From Neodothiora populina (taxonomy: Eukaryota): a stretch of DNA of 64,000 nucleotides. Below are positions 62,852 to 64,000 of the stretch, in pieces. The stretch lies in assembly GCF_041146345.1 (NCBI RefSeq), contig NW_027191404.1:2170001-2234000 (forward strand). The letters are read 5' to 3'. Both the position numbers and the translations under genes were made by a program. The notes beneath the pieces are model-generated. The model was not told where the DNA came from. It worked only from the letters and a program-made list of their open reading frames with translations, and ran no database searches. Position 1 is the first letter of the stretch; each line of letters begins with the position of its first letter.

Positions 62852-64000
62852 CTACGCCTTCAGACGGTGCGTCTGGAGATCTTCCTGAGCGTCCGCAACA
62901 AGGAAACTAGACTCGGTGTCAGAGATGTAAACACTACTTGTCACTTGATGCAAAAAACCTACTTGTACCAAAGAATCGTGGGTAGAACCGTCGCCAAATG
63001 CCACAGACTGTGCGCGTCGAGCATGCCATGCCACGGCGGAAAGTCGAACAGCTCCAAGCTCATGGCAAGAATAATCCACGCAACACAAATACCCGGCAAA
63101 GCCGCATAGACCTTTCTCGACTTCTGGTATTTGGTGATACTGAACCAGCTCCACAGAACGTTCTGAACAATGCCGACGACCACGTTCGCCGCCATGTTGT
63201 AGGTGTAGTCGAAGCTCCAGAAGCTGAGATAGCTTATGTGGGCCAGATACAAGGAAATACAGATCCATGTCCAGGCGCGCACAAGACTGTCGTTCATAGG
63301 CGTGTCCTTGTCCAGTCTAAAGATCCGGATAGGAGTGTAGTAAAGTCCGTACATGACGCTCGCGCCTGCGCCAAAGTAATCGAGCTTCTCCGTGATGTTG
63401 AAGTCGCGCGTGTGAAAAATCATGCTGAAGATCCAGCTCGCCAGCCCAAAGTATCCGAAGAGAAGATAGTATTTCCGCAGCAGGTAGCTGGCCGGTATGG
63501 ACTCGCGCAACTGGGACATGCCATAGTCGTGCGCGAGGAAGTTGAGCAGGGAGAAAACAACCGCAAAGGGCTCTTGCATACCCAGGAAACGGTAGAAAGG
63601 CCATTTGCCGTGGAACTGGAGCACTGGCTCTCGGTAGGGCGGTTCTCGTGCTAAGCGCGTGTCGGTCACCACATGTTGACAGGTGTAGTCGCACTCTGAG
63701 GGACAGTCCCAGAGAAGTAGCCGGTGCTGAAGCGCTGTACACTATCGTCAACACCAATAATCTGATTTTCCTGCTCGGATTTCGAATCACATACAAATGG
63801 GAGGGCCATCAGGTCCACAGTTGCTGGCGATACATTCCTATTCAAATAACATCTCAGTATTTATTCCACAGCAAAAGGAGGAGTCGATTCTACGTACCTT
63901 CACGCAGTCCTTGAAGTCCGGAAGTCTATCACCAAGAGAGGCATTGCTCGCAACAAAAAGAGAAGACAAAGCCAAGGCTATCAACTGTCCTTTCAAACGC
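62852..64000 (-). CDS. PER1: Per1/PGAP3 GPI-anchor remodelling protein; start codon apparently just beyond the window end
   Basis: ASLGDRLPDF, WDCPSECDYTCQ, QFHGKWPF, QEPFAVVFS, FHTRD, ELFDFPP, DAHSLWH. Three introns are visible. Confidence 0.93.

Noticed and set aside
1..64000. Transposons, RIP-degraded repeats, CRISPR arrays, tRNAs
   Set aside because: I saw no transposase or RT motifs, terminal repeats, AT-rich RIP blocks, repeat-spacer periodicity or cloverleaf boxes. An Infernal or tRNAscan run would be needed to exclude small RNAs.

Overview
This is an intron-containing eukaryotic window. Protein sequences and the short GT-AG introns with CTRAC/CTAAY branch points indicate a filamentous ascomycete (Pezizomycotina); a black yeast (Chaetothyriales) is a guess. 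It is gene-dense housekeeping DNA with about 24 protein-coding genes. Recognisable products: ALKBH8-like dioxygenase, xanthine/hypoxanthine phosphoribosyltransferase, Sfl1/HSF-type transcription factor, Arp9, inositol monophosphatase, type-B carboxylesterase, NIPA/DUF803 transporter, Vma4, Tfc6, Tri12-family MFS, DJ-1/PfpI, Rpl24, Sen1, Mcm1, Mpv17/PMP22, Aquarius, a RING-CH ligase and Per1. Several uncharacterised proteins lie between them. I saw no tRNA, rRNA, transposon, CRISPR array or secondary-metabolite core gene, and I cannot support a new multi-gene system. The best leads are gene-level: an apolipoprotein-like 11/22-mer repeat insert in the Mpv17/PMP22 protein, frequent AAG splice acceptors, a candidate Nse6/SLF2-like gene with a PIP-like motif and MCB cluster, several long structured introns, two homopolymer frameshifts and a recurrent AGGTA/TACAGTA intergenic motif. 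Gene models were read by eye, and family calls come from motif recognition, not database searches.
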